Positions 38,165 through 47,985 of a stretch of 64,000 bases of DNA are shown one piece after another. Every line of letters starts with the position of its first letter. Position 1 is the first letter of the stretch. The translations under genes were made by a program, and so were the position numbers. A model generated the notes under the pieces. It had not been told where the DNA came from and ran no database searches. It saw only the letters and a list, made by a program, of their open reading frames with translations. The DNA comes from an uncultured Candidatus Saccharibacteria bacterium (GTDB taxonomy: Bacteria; Patescibacteriota; Saccharimonadia; Saccharimonadales; Saccharimonadaceae), in NCBI GenBank assembly GCA_963547505.1, contig CAUUQV010000001.1, positions 4,310 through 68,309 on the forward strand, written 5' to 3'.

Positions 38165-38250
38165 CGCCTACTTAGCGTTAGTCTTTTTTAGCTTATCTTA
38201 GTTATGTTTCTTCATTTTATATTCTTGTTTTGATCGCTTTTGTCAGATTC

Positions 38251-38997
38251 TTAGCGGAATAGTCCACTATACTCATCTGCCACCTCACTAGGGTTACCCT
38301 CCACTTTGATCAGTCCATTATCAATCAAGATGGCTCTATTACAAAATTCCCGCACTGCGCCCATATCGTGCGTCACTAGGACAATCGTCTTACCTCTTCG
38401 CTTCGCCTCCTGGAAGTAGTCGTGACATTTCCTCTGAAATGCCTCGTCACCGACTGCCAGTACTTCATCCAGGACTAAGATATCACCCTTAGCTTTGATA
38501 GCTACTGAGAAGGCTAAGCGAACTTGCATACCGGAGGAATAGTTCTTTAATTTCTGATCCATAAAATCGTTCAGTTCAGCAAAATTCACGACATCGTCAT
38601 ACATAGCACTAACTTGCTTCCGACTAAAGCCAAGCATCGCTCCATTGAGATAGACATTTTCCCGACCGGTCAGCTCAGGGTTAAAGCCAACTCCCAGCTC
38701 GATGAACGATACTAGTGAGCCATTAACTTTAATTTGCCCCTGGTCAGGCGGATAAATGCCTGATATTAGTTTCAGTAGAGTTGATTTACCTGACCCATTA
38801 CGACCAACGATACCGAAGAAATCACCTTTCTTAACCTCAAATGAAATATCTTTCAGTACCTCCTGGCGTCGATAGCCTTTAATTCCCTTGGTCCAGTTCA
38901 CGAAGACTTGCTTTATTTCGTTGGAATGTTCAGTCGGCAACTTAAATGATTTACTGACATGACTCACCTTTAGTACGACCTTATCCTTATTCATCAC
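38251..38997 (-). CDS. Polysaccharide ABC exporter ATPase (Wzt/TagH family)
   Basis: GRNGSGKST, ELGVGFNPELTGRENV, YSSGMQVRLAFS, DEVLAVGD. Confidence 0.93.
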   Translation of the reverse strand: MMNKDKVVLKVSHVSKSFKLPTEHSNEIKQVFVNWTKGIKGYRRQEVLKDISFEVKKGDFFGIVGRNGSGKSTLLKLISGIYPPDQGQIKVNGSLVSFIELGVGFNPELTGRENVYLNGAMLGFSRKQVSAMYDDVVNFAELNDFMDQKLKNYSSGMQVRLAFSVAIKAKGDILVLDEVLAVGDEAFQRKCHDYFQEAKRRGKTIVLVTHDMGAVREFCNRAILIDNGLIKVEGNPSEVADEYSGLFR

Positions 38998-39834
38998 CTA
39001 AAGCTCCTCCGCAAAGTATGGTGACCGACGTCGGAATACCGTCACGCCGACCAATAGTACTATTACTACAATCAGCAAAGGGATTAGCTTTAAGAGCCAG
39101 CACTGCTGACCAACCAGCCCCCAGATCGTTTCCGTCTGAGTCGTCACTACTAAGTAACGGGCATCTTGAATGATCTGGGCGATCGGGTTTAACATCAGGA
39201 CCAGCTTAGCGACAGATAGCCAGCCGACATTGATTAGCTGTGTCAAGGGATAAATGATGGGCGTAGCATAGAACCAGGTTTGCATGATCACATCCCAGAT
39301 GTGACCGATATCCCGAAACCTGACAAACATAGTACTAAGTAAAAAGGCGATCCCTAGAGCAAAAATATATAGTTCGACCACGACTAAAGGAAACAGTAGA
39401 ATAGTCGGGCGAAACTCCACCCCGTTGACGATCATGAAGATTAGTACTACGAAGAGACTAATCACCAGATTTATCAATGCTGAAACTGTCGATGATACCA
39501 CTACGATATACCTAGGAAACTTTAGCTTGCGTAGTAAATCGCCCCTCCCAACGATGGCTTGCATCCCCTGTGAGGTTGCCTCCTGAAAAAAAGCCCATAA
39601 TGTCTGAGCCAGTAAGAGCGAAACGGCGAAGTGTGGGATACCTGCCCCAAAGCGCAAAAAGCGAACAAACACTACATACATCACCGCAAAGAGCATGAGT
39701 GGCTTTAAGACTGACCAAGCCATCCCCAGCATCGATCCTTGATAGCGAAGCTTAAAGTCAGTCTTGACTAGTTCACGCAGTAGTATCCAAGAATAGCGGT
39801 ATTTACTGATTAGTTTACCTGTCGTCCGTCTCAT
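38998..39834 (-). CDS. Polysaccharide ABC exporter permease (Wzm/TagG family)
   Basis: DFKLRYQGSMLGMAWSVLKPL, FYATPIIYP, LNPIAQII. Confidence 0.93.
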   Translation of the reverse strand: MRRTTGKLISKYRYSWILLRELVKTDFKLRYQGSMLGMAWSVLKPLMLFAVMYVVFVRFLRFGAGIPHFAVSLLLAQTLWAFFQEATSQGMQAIVGRGDLLRKLKFPRYIVVVSSTVSALINLVISLFVVLIFMIVNGVEFRPTILLFPLVVVELYIFALGIAFLLSTMFVRFRDIGHIWDVIMQTWFYATPIIYPLTQLINVGWLSVAKLVLMLNPIAQIIQDARYLVVTTQTETIWGLVGQQCWLLKLIPLLIVVIVLLVGVTVFRRRSPYFAEEL

Positions 39835-39876
39835 TTACCGCCCTATTATAACATCTAATCGGTTAGTAAAAGCGAA

Positions 39877-40482
39877 TTACAAGATTATTTCGCTGGTTAA
39901 TTTACCCTGGCGAGTCTTAGTCGATAGATTAACGGTGACTAACCACTTACCGGTCTGCTTATCACGATCTTGTTCAACATCGTTAATCAGCACATCGAAG
40001 CCGTTACAGATAGAGGTGGTGGATGAATTAGCGATAATCTGCGTGGTATTATTATACTTCTGCTCACGTGGACCGACTAGAGCCAGTTCGCAAGTGCCGT
40101 CATTGATTACTTCATTGATAGTCACTCTTACTTGGAGTGACCCGTTAACGAGGCTGGTATTATCTATCTTACCCTTGATTGGCTTAGGAGTCTTTTTCCT
40201 CTTTTTATTTGTCTTCGGATTATTAGGGTCATTATTATTTTCAGCCGGTTTATTAGGGTCAGCGTCATCATTCGCCTCTTCTTCGTCATCCGGTTCCTTC
40301 TTTGGCTTAGGCTTCTTTGTCTGCTTAGCGACGGGAGTCTTCTTTACCTTATAATCATCACCCTTCTGAGCACTAATCACAATCACCGTGATCAAAGTAG
40401 CCAGTAAGACGACGAAGATGAATATCGTCACCCCGATGATCGCCTTAAATGATTTCTTCTTTTTATACGTTACTTCAACCAT
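39877..40482 (-). CDS. Membrane-anchored hypothetical protein (paralogue of 31322-31912)
   Basis: TM, charged linker, VRVTIN..GTCEL..IIAN..SICNGFDV..GKW. Confidence 0.7.
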   Translation of the reverse strand: MVEVTYKKKKSFKAIIGVTIFIFVVLLATLITVIVISAQKGDDYKVKKTPVAKQTKKPKPKKEPDDEEEANDDADPNKPAENNNDPNNPKTNKKRKKTPKPIKGKIDNTSLVNGSLQVRVTINEVINDGTCELALVGPREQKYNNTTQIIANSSTTSICNGFDVLINDVEQDRDKQTGKWLVTVNLSTKTRQGKLTSEIIL

Positions 40483-40546
40483 TACTATCCCTCTATCTAG
40501 TCATTACTCTTATCGTGATTATACTATAGTTTGTTATTATATAGCT

Positions 40547-41617
40547 ATGACTAGACCTGAGCTGTCCATTATTATCCCTGCTTATAATTGTGCCAGCGAT
40601 ATCACCGAAATGGTTGATAGCATCAGAGCGCAAGACTACTCTGACTATGAGCTGATCATCGTCAATGACCATTCGACCGATGATACCGCTCAGGTGCTTA
40701 GCCGGTTAAGCCGATCCGACCGGCGCATCGTGGCTATTAACCAACCGGCTAATGGTGGCGCCAGTGTCGCTCGCAATACCGGCATATCTCGAGCTAAGGG
40801 TAAATACCTGATGTTTCTCGACGCTGATGACACTCTGAAGAAGAGAGCTTTAACTAAGTTCATTAGTGCCATCAAGAGTGATCAAGCTCAATTGGCAGTG
40901 AGCGGCTTTACCATCATCACTCGGAGAAATCAGCAGGAGCTATCTAAAGTAGATGTCTGTAGCGAGCCGTTGCCTAGTCGTCAGACTGACGAGCCTTGGA
41001 AAATATATATCCTTCGCTTACTCGGCATCGACGGCAGGCTTTATCAAGTCTGGAATAAGATCTACCTCACTTCGGTCATTAAGAAACACCATCTCGCCTT
41101 TCAGCCAGGTGTCAACTTCGGTGAAGATCTCATGTTTAATCTTGATTATCTTAGCTTAATCGACAGTATTTCATTTATTCCTGCTTCGCTTTACAACTAT
41201 TATCAGAGCTTAGACAGCGGTACTTTCAGTAAATCATCTCTGATTTATCAAAATAGACTAGATAATTTCACTGCACTGGAGAAATTCTTAGCCGACACCC
41301 CTCCCGGTGAGCCACGAGATAGTCTACTCAACTGGATAAAATATAGTTGGATTTATTCGCACCTACTAGCGACACGCTCAGCTGATCTACCCTATAACAC
41401 TAAGCTTCAAATGATTGATCAGATTCATCAAGCCGATGGTCAAGCACCACTCAGCCACCCGTCAGTCATCGGCCGCTCAAAAGTGCGACTGGAGCGCCTC
41501 TTAAAACATCTCATCAGACACCCCCGCTTAGCTTTATATTTCATCGGTTTATCTAATGCTATCAAATATAATCAACTAACCATCGGTCTATGGCATAAGC
41601 TCAAGAGAAAACTATAG
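40547..41617 (+). CDS. Glycosyltransferase family 2
   Basis: SIIIPAYN, NDHSTD, FLDADD, GEDLMFN; start reassigned to ATG 40547. Confidence 0.9.
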   Translation: MTRPELSIIIPAYNCASDITEMVDSIRAQDYSDYELIIVNDHSTDDTAQVLSRLSRSDRRIVAINQPANGGASVARNTGISRAKGKYLMFLDADDTLKKRALTKFISAIKSDQAQLAVSGFTIITRRNQQELSKVDVCSEPLPSRQTDEPWKIYILRLLGIDGRLYQVWNKIYLTSVIKKHHLAFQPGVNFGEDLMFNLDYLSLIDSISFIPASLYNYYQSLDSGTFSKSSLIYQNRLDNFTALEKFLADTPPGEPRDSLLNWIKYSWIYSHLLATRSADLPYNTKLQMIDQIHQADGQAPLSHPSVIGRSKVRLERLLKHLIRHPRLALYFIGLSNAIKYNQLTIGLWHKLKRKL

Positions 41618-41639
41618 CTTTATGTTACGATATTAGTTA

Positions 41640-42602
41640 ATGAGTAAGCTAATCACTATCATCATCCCCGCCTACAACGAAGAGGAGACTCTGCCGGATA
41701 TCATTAGTCGTCTGACTAAATTAGCCAAGAGGATTGATAATTATAACTTTGAGTTCCTCTTCGTTAACGACGGCTCACGTGACCATACCGGTGACTTACT
41801 AAGTAACTTCGCTAAGCAAGACCCGAGGGTATCGTATATTAATTTATCTCGTAATTTTGGTAAGGAGATTGCCGTAGCTGCCGGTATAGATCATGCCCAA
41901 GGTGATGCCGCCGTCATTATGGATGCCGATGGTCAAGAGCCACCGGAGGTCATCCCTAAGATGATCAAATGGTGGGAACAGGGCTATGACGATGTCTACG
42001 CTAAGCGTAATAGAAAGAAAGATTCAGCAGTACGTCGTTTCACCTCTCACACTTATTACCGCACTCTGCAGAAAACTACCCGAGTACCTATTCAGATTGA
42101 TACCGGTGATTTTCGCTTACTTAACCGTCGTTGCCTCGAGGCACTGCGCCAATTTCGTGAATCATCGCGCCAGAATAAAGCTCTCTTTTCTTGGATTGGC
42201 TATCGCAAGAAGGAAATTACCTTCGATCATGCTAGCCGTACCGCCGGTCAGACCAAGTGGAAGTTCGGTCTCCTCTCCCCGGGCAACTCTTTAATCAACC
42301 TAGCCATTGACGGTTTCACCAGCTTTACCACTATCCCCTTACGTCTCATCACTGTCGCCGGTATGATTATTAGCTTACTGACCTTTATTTACATTATCGT
42401 CATCTTGTTTCAAGCGCTGCTAGGTGTACCTCGGATCGGCGGTTTTAATACTCTATTGATCGCTGTTCTTTTCCTGGGTGGTATCCAGATGTTATCGCTA
42501 GGCATCATCGGTGAATATATCGGACGGATCTTCATCGAGACAAAGGGGCGTCCACTCTATCTGATTCAAGATCAGCATCAGTCTAAACATCATCGCTCAT
42601 GA
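41640..42602 (+). CDS. GtrB-like polyprenol-phosphate glycosyltransferase (GT2)
   Basis: IPAYNEE, LSRNFGKE, MDADGQEPP, TGDFRL, GIIGEYIGRI. Confidence 0.9.
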   Translation: MSKLITIIIPAYNEEETLPDIISRLTKLAKRIDNYNFEFLFVNDGSRDHTGDLLSNFAKQDPRVSYINLSRNFGKEIAVAAGIDHAQGDAAVIMDADGQEPPEVIPKMIKWWEQGYDDVYAKRNRKKDSAVRRFTSHTYYRTLQKTTRVPIQIDTGDFRLLNRRCLEALRQFRESSRQNKALFSWIGYRKKEITFDHASRTAGQTKWKFGLLSPGNSLINLAIDGFTSFTTIPLRLITVAGMIISLLTFIYIIVILFQALLGVPRIGGFNTLLIAVLFLGGIQMLSLGIIGEYIGRIFIETKGRPLYLIQDQHQSKHHRS

Positions 42603-43009
42603 AAGACACTAAGCACCGGCCACTTCGCTTCGTCGTAGTCGGCATCTCTAATACTGTCCTTGACTTCACCCTGATGAATCTGCTCAGCTTAGCCGGTCTT
42701 AATCTCATCATAGCTAATACTATTTCGACCGGTATCGCCATGATCTACAGCTTTTTGATGAATAAGAAGTGGACTTTCCGTAATGCCGGGCAAGACTACT
42801 TACGTCAGGTTATCCTCTTCTTTATCTTCACCACTATCGGTATCTGGGTAATCCAGAATGGGCTGATAATTCTAGCTCAGCATTACCTACCTCATTTTAG
42901 TTTACCCGATCAAGCCTTTAACAACTTAGCCAAGCTAGGCGCTTCAGTCTTTAGTCTGACTTGGAATTATCTGACTTATAATCACTTCGTCTTCACTGAC
43001 AAGCATTAA
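42599..43009 (+). CDS. GtrA family flippase
   Basis: RFVVVGISNT, SFLMNKKWTF, WNYLTYNHFVF. Confidence 0.88.
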   Translation: MKDTKHRPLRFVVVGISNTVLDFTLMNLLSLAGLNLIIANTISTGIAMIYSFLMNKKWTFRNAGQDYLRQVILFFIFTTIGIWVIQNGLIILAQHYLPHFSLPDQAFNNLAKLGASVFSLTWNYLTYNHFVFTDKH

Positions 43010-43491
43010 GCGCCGGACTTACCCTCGGAAGTAGCAATCTTGCGGATTACTACATGTCTTTCAGCACCTTCACCCTCGCTCTCGGTCGATAATTGCGTAT
43101 AATCACCTAGTACTTTATGGACCACTCGTCGCTCTGCCGGATTCATTGGCTTTAGCGGCATCGGTTCACCGGTCGTCATGACCGACTTTGCCCATTTCTC
43201 AGCCTTGTCGGCCAGCTGTTCATTATGACGCTTTTTATAGTCAGCGATATCCAGATTCACTCGGTATAACAATGCTTTCTGCTGGATCAAGGTAACCCTG
43301 ATGAGAGTCTGGATACTACGCAAAGTGTCACCTCGGTTACCGATCAATAGATTAGATAGATACGAACTAGGTACCGACAGCTCTATGACATCTTCCTCTG
43401 CCGTAGCATAGACATCAACGTTAAGGCCAAAGAACGACATTAAGTCTTCGGCATATTTCTTGGCATACATGATTGATTCTTCTCTATCCAT
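43006..43491 (-). CDS. jag: Jag/KhpB-like KH-R3H RNA-binding protein (short form)
   Basis: LIGNRGDTLRSIQ, MNPAERRVVH, SEGEGAERHVV; lies downstream of yidC. Confidence 0.85.
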   Translation of the reverse strand: MDREESIMYAKKYAEDLMSFFGLNVDVYATAEEDVIELSVPSSYLSNLLIGNRGDTLRSIQTLIRVTLIQQKALLYRVNLDIADYKKRHNEQLADKAEKWAKSVMTTGEPMPLKPMNPAERRVVHKVLGDYTQLSTESEGEGAERHVVIRKIATSEGKSGA

Positions 43492-43500
43492 ATTTTCTCC

Positions 43501-44448
43501 TTACTTCGCCTTTATCCGTCGTACCACCGTCTTACCGCCACCGGCCTTGCTCTTCTCTTTCCCGCCGGTCGCTTTCTTACGGATAATTACCGCCTCTTGG
43601 GCTTGCCTGGATCGCTTAGCATTATGACTACTTGCCATCTTTTCCAGCTCCTCTTCACTACGACTTAAGACACGCTGCTGTTGACCGATCGCCACCAGCG
43701 AAGTAGTGGCATAGTATAGTACTACCGCTCCGGGCAAAGCTAGCATCACCATCAGGGTCATGATCGGCGTAAAGTACAGCATATTGCGATTCATAGCCGA
43801 GACCATATCTGACTGATCAACCTCCTGCCCCTTCGACGCCTGCTTGAATAAGTCTTTTAGCTTCTTATGTTCACCGGCACTGGGCATGATTTGCTTAGTC
43901 TGGTAAAACTGAAAGACGGTAGCTAAGATGGCGATCATCAGCCCCGGTAAGTAACCGGCGACCACCTTAGTCAGATCAACCACCCCCAGTAACATCAAGT
44001 GATTACCACTCATCATCTCTGATGCTTTATGAAAGCCACTCATAAAGGGATATAAGTAGTCAGCCGGGTTGATACCGTTAAGATGATTAAAGTTGCCGCC
44101 CGAAGCAATCCTAATTCCCCGGTAGATAGCAATCATGATCGGTATCTGAATGAGCAGGACCAGCATCGAGCTAAATGGCTTGATATTCTTCTCCCGATAA
44201 AGCTCCATCAGCATGGTGGACTCCAGCATCCGGTTGCCGTTGGCTTTCTGTTTAATCTTCTTCAGCTCCGGCTGTATCTGACGCATCATCTTTGTCTGGT
44301 GAAGCTGTTTCTTGACTAGCGGCCACATTAGCAGCCTGATCAGGATAGTCACGATGATAATTGAGACACCAAAATCACCGATAAAGTTATAGATAAACGC
44401 CAGTAGATTAAAAATGGGCTGAGTTAGCAGACGGTCAAATAGATTCAT
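43501..44448 (-). CDS. yidC: Membrane protein insertase YidC
   Basis: GDFGVSIIIVTILIRLLMWPL, QPELKKI, LIQIPI. Confidence 0.92.
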   Translation of the reverse strand: MNLFDRLLTQPIFNLLAFIYNFIGDFGVSIIIVTILIRLLMWPLVKKQLHQTKMMRQIQPELKKIKQKANGNRMLESTMLMELYREKNIKPFSSMLVLLIQIPIMIAIYRGIRIASGGNFNHLNGINPADYLYPFMSGFHKASEMMSGNHLMLLGVVDLTKVVAGYLPGLMIAILATVFQFYQTKQIMPSAGEHKKLKDLFKQASKGQEVDQSDMVSAMNRNMLYFTPIMTLMVMLALPGAVVLYYATTSLVAIGQQQRVLSRSEEELEKMASSHNAKRSRQAQEAVIIRKKATGGKEKSKAGGGKTVVRRIKAK

Positions 44449-44496
44449 ATGCTGTATTTTATCATCTAGCTACTATCTTGACTACTTTTAGAAGGA

Positions 44497-44841
44497 TTAA
44501 GAAATAACGTCAAGCTTAACGAGCAGTTTATCCAGCTGCTCACCTAGCTGACTCGGCGATAATTGATCGATCGGCTGATAGACGATCACTACCAAGTCAA
44601 CTACCTGCCGAAACTTATCTAGTCTCAACCGTAGCTGCTCGTAGATCCGACGACGAGTCCGATTGCGGTCTACGGCATGCTTGAGTACTTTCTTACTTAC
44701 CACCACCGCTATTCGAGATGTCCGGCGTCGCTGATTGCTGACACACTTTAGCGACAGCTCCTTACTCCGAGCCTGCCTACCCTTATTTAAGACATATCGG
44801 ACACTGGCATGACCATGAAAACGATATTGCTGACTAATCAT
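44497..44841 (-). CDS. rnpA: Ribonuclease P protein component
   Basis: VVVSKKV..AVDRNRTRRR (RNR motif). Confidence 0.92.
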   Translation of the reverse strand: MISQQYRFHGHASVRYVLNKGRQARSKELSLKCVSNQRRRTSRIAVVVSKKVLKHAVDRNRTRRRIYEQLRLRLDKFRQVVDLVVIVYQPIDQLSPSQLGEQLDKLLVKLDVIS

Positions 44842-44914
44842 AAATCACCATCAGTATACCAAATAACAAGAAAGAGGCTCTCCGGGTAGCCTCATGGGTT
44901 AGTCGGAGGATTGA

Positions 44915-45052
44915 CTAGATAGCTATCTTAGCTCGCTTTTTATCACGACGACGCTTCAAGACTAATCGACCGGCTCGACTGGACATCCGTGCCCGAAAGC
45001 CATGAACTTTCGCTCGACTTCGCTTATGTGGTTGGTACGTTCTCTTCGGCAT
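44915..45052 (-). CDS. rpmH: 50S ribosomal protein L34 (absent from the ORF track)
   Basis: Manual translation [45 protein letters not shown]. Confidence 0.96.
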   Translation of the reverse strand: MPKRTYQPHKRSRAKVHGFRARMSSRAGRLVLKRRRDKKRAKIAI

Positions 45053-45231
45053 ATCTATAAGATGTTATCACATCAGGCTCATATTTAGCAAATATCGGCA
45101 GTTTTCCACATATATTAGTGTTATATTCGTACTTGTGGAAAACACAAGTTATCCACACGTTGACAAATTGAATAAAGTGTGAATCACTTTTTGCTTGTGG
45201 AAAACTTGCTATTTTGCTAGACTAAAGGCTG
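45053..45231. other. oriC part 1 / dnaA promoter region with DnaA boxes
   Basis: TTTTCCACA 45102, TGTGGAAAA 45134 and 45196, TTATCCACA 45149. Confidence 0.8.
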
Positions 45232-46626
45232 ATGAAGGGGCTAAATGAGGGGGACGATATAGTGCAGAGTGACATCTCAGCCAGTGAGATGAAATCTCTC
45301 TGGGAGACAGTCTTAAGCGACGCCGACTTGTCCGGCCGTTTCGGTACTATGTTTGACACTTTCTGGAAGCCGACCAAGCTGATCAATGTAAGCAACAATG
45401 TTTACACAGTCGAAGTTAAAAATATCTTTGCTAAAAGCCAGTTCGAGAAGAAGTATGAGGACGACGTCCGAGAGTTGCTCAAGAAGAACGGCGCTAGCTC
45501 CCCCAGGGTGGATTTCGTAACCAGCTCAAAGAATCTCAAACGTCGTGAAGATAGCGTGGTGGTGATCGACGATCAGCCTAAGACTAGCGCCACTACTGCC
45601 TTTGATAGCCACCTAAATAAAAAATATTCTTTTGCTAATTTCATCGTCGGTTCGTGTAACGAGCTAGCCTATGCCGCCGCCCAAGCCGCCGCTAAGAAAC
45701 CAGGTGAGAAATATAACCCCATCTTTATCTATGGCGGTGCCGGTCTGGGTAAGACTCACCTGATTCAAGCTATCGGTAATGCCATCCTGGAGCACTTTAG
45801 CAACAAGCGAGTACTCTACGTCACCACTGAGGAGTTCACTAATGACTATATCTACCACATCACCAATAAGTCGTCGCAGGAGTTTACCGATAAATATCGC
45901 AATCTTGACGTCCTCATCATTGATGATATCCAATTTATCAGCGGCAAAGACAAGACTCAGGAAGCCTTCTTTAACACATTTAATGCTCTCTACCAAACTA
46001 ACAGGCAGATCATCATCAGTTCTGACCGTCCACCGGCTATCATTCCCACTCTGACCGACCGATTAAAGAGTCGCTTCCAGATGGGGATGAATATTGACGT
46101 TAGTTTACCCGACTATGAGACCAGAGTTGCTATCATCAAGACTAAAGCTCTGTTAAACTCAGCGATTGAGTTACCAGCCGGCACAGCCGAATATATCGCT
46201 CGGACAGTCAAGACGAATATCCGTGAGTTGGAGGGAGTGCTTAATCAAGTAATGGCTTACGCCGAGATGCGCAATGTCATCCCGACAGTCGATTTCGCTA
46301 CCGAAGTACTAGCCAGTGCCCGTCCCAGCCAAACCCGTCATATTACCGCCCGCCAGATCATTGAGAAGACAGCTAAGTATTTCGAGATCAAGACCAGCGA
46401 GATCAAATCAGCTTCCCGTAGTCAATATATCATCGTACCGCGCCAGATCGCTATGTATCTACTGCGGAGCGAACTCCATATGAGCTACCCTCAGATTACC
46501 CGAGAGCTGGGTCGTAAGGATCACACTACCGCCATGCATTCAATTAACAAGATCGAAAAGCAGCTCAAGTTTGATGCTATGATCAGAGAAAAAGTTAACG
46601 ATATTAAGGATAGGCTTTATGCTTAG
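45232..46626 (+). CDS. dnaA: Chromosomal replication initiator DnaA
   Basis: YNPIFIYGGAGLGKTHL, IDDIQF, RELEG, RKDHTTAMH; start may be GTG 45262. Confidence 0.98.
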   Translation: MKGLNEGDDIVQSDISASEMKSLWETVLSDADLSGRFGTMFDTFWKPTKLINVSNNVYTVEVKNIFAKSQFEKKYEDDVRELLKKNGASSPRVDFVTSSKNLKRREDSVVVIDDQPKTSATTAFDSHLNKKYSFANFIVGSCNELAYAAAQAAAKKPGEKYNPIFIYGGAGLGKTHLIQAIGNAILEHFSNKRVLYVTTEEFTNDYIYHITNKSSQEFTDKYRNLDVLIIDDIQFISGKDKTQEAFFNTFNALYQTNRQIIISSDRPPAIIPTLTDRLKSRFQMGMNIDVSLPDYETRVAIIKTKALLNSAIELPAGTAEYIARTVKTNIRELEGVLNQVMAYAEMRNVIPTVDFATEVLASARPSQTRHITARQIIEKTAKYFEIKTSEIKSASRSQYIIVPRQIAMYLLRSELHMSYPQITRELGRKDHTTAMHSINKIEKQLKFDAMIREKVNDIKDRLYA

Positions 46627-46887
46627 CCAGGCTGTGGATATACTGCGACTAAGCTGTGTTTTTGTAGTATCACAACCTGATGATGGTTTATCACATTATT
46701 CGACGCTCAGCCATATTTTGGGTCCGATGTGTAAAAACATCCCCACTTTTCCTGTTTTCTACACTATCTATCCCCCATTTTATCCACTATCGCCTAGCGG
46801 CTATCGACCAGGTATAGTAGGTCGGTTTTCCACTTTATCCACATACCTTATGATGATGAGTAAGATATATTTAATTAAGGAGGGATC
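46627..46887. other. oriC part 2 (dnaA-dnaN intergenic region)
   Basis: TGTGGATAT, TTATCCACT, TTTTCCACT and TTATCCACA (46835), followed by ATGATGATG and an AT-rich tract. Confidence 0.75.
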
Positions 46888-47985
46888 ATGAAATTAACTA
46901 TCAAGCAAGACAACCTCGCCAGAGCACTAAATGCCGTTGGTCGAGTTGCCACAGCTAAAGCCGGCATGCCAATCTTAGCTAATATCCTGCTTCGGACTGA
47001 TCAAAACAAGCTAACTATTGCCGCTACCAATCTCGAAGTGGCAATTATCTCCGTCATCGGTGCGCAAGTAAAAGAACAGGGGGCGATCACCGTACCGGCT
47101 CGTCTACTAACTGATTTCATCAGTAATCTACCGCACACTAATATTACCCTAGAGACGGATGAATCGAAGCTAAAGGTCAGCACTGAAGGGTTTAAGTCGA
47201 CCATTAACTCGATCTTAGCTGATGATTACCCGGCTTTACCTGAGTCGGATGAGAAAGATAAGCTGAAAGTCTCTGCCGAAGAGCTGAAGAAATCGATTAG
47301 TCGGACGGCGCTGGTGTCAAGTAACGATACCACCAGACCAATCTTGACCGGTGTCTATCTGTACTCACAAGATGGTCAGCTTTACATGGTGGCAACTGAT
47401 GGTTATCGCTTGGCTGAGTCTCAGTTGACTGAGTCTAAGCAAGATGTCTCGGCGATTATCCCCAGCAGTACTCTAGCCGAAGTGGTGCGTTTATTAGGTG
47501 ATCTGACTGAGGTGGAGGTGAAGTACAAGGACGATCAGATTACCTTTCTACTCGACAATGTCTCGGTTACTTCACGCTTGATTGATGGCAAGTTCATCGA
47601 CTATCGACAGCTTATCCCGACGGAGACGAATTATCAGATAACGGTGGAGCGAGCAGAGTTCATTAAGATAGTTAAGGTAGCTGAGCTGTTTGCTCGAGAG
47701 AGTGCCGGGTCGATTATTATTGAGGGCAATCCCACCGATAAACTCTTAAGCGTTCGCTCCATTACTTCTCAGCTCGGTGATAATACTTCATCGATTGAAG
47801 CGGATATCGTAGTGAAAGGAACTGAGCCGTGCATGGTTAGCCTTAACTCTAAATTTTTGTTGGATGCTCTGAATTGCCTGGAGGGAGATAAAGTCCGGAT
47901 CATGTTTAACGGTAAGCTAGCACCGGTACTTTTACTGGGAGAGAAGTCGGATTATCGTCATATCATAATGCCGGTTAAGTCATAG
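46888..47985 (+). CDS. dnaN: DNA polymerase III beta clamp
   Basis: PILANILL, ATNLE, RPILTGV, VATDGYRLA, IMPVK. Confidence 0.97.
   Translation: MKLTIKQDNLARALNAVGRVATAKAGMPILANILLRTDQNKLTIAATNLEVAIISVIGAQVKEQGAITVPARLLTDFISNLPHTNITLETDESKLKVSTEGFKSTINSILADDYPALPESDEKDKLKVSAEELKKSISRTALVSSNDTTRPILTGVYLYSQDGQLYMVATDGYRLAESQLTESKQDVSAIIPSSTLAEVVRLLGDLTEVEVKYKDDQITFLLDNVSVTSRLIDGKFIDYRQLIPTETNYQITVERAEFIKIVKVAELFARESAGSIIIEGNPTDKLLSVRSITSQLGDNTSSIEADIVVKGTEPCMVSLNSKFLLDALNCLEGDKVRIMFNGKLAPVLLLGEKSDYRHIIMPVKS

Noticed and set aside
46619..46891. 90-aa ORF between dnaA and dnaN
   Set aside because: It spans the DnaA-box-rich origin spacer and has no recognisable protein features
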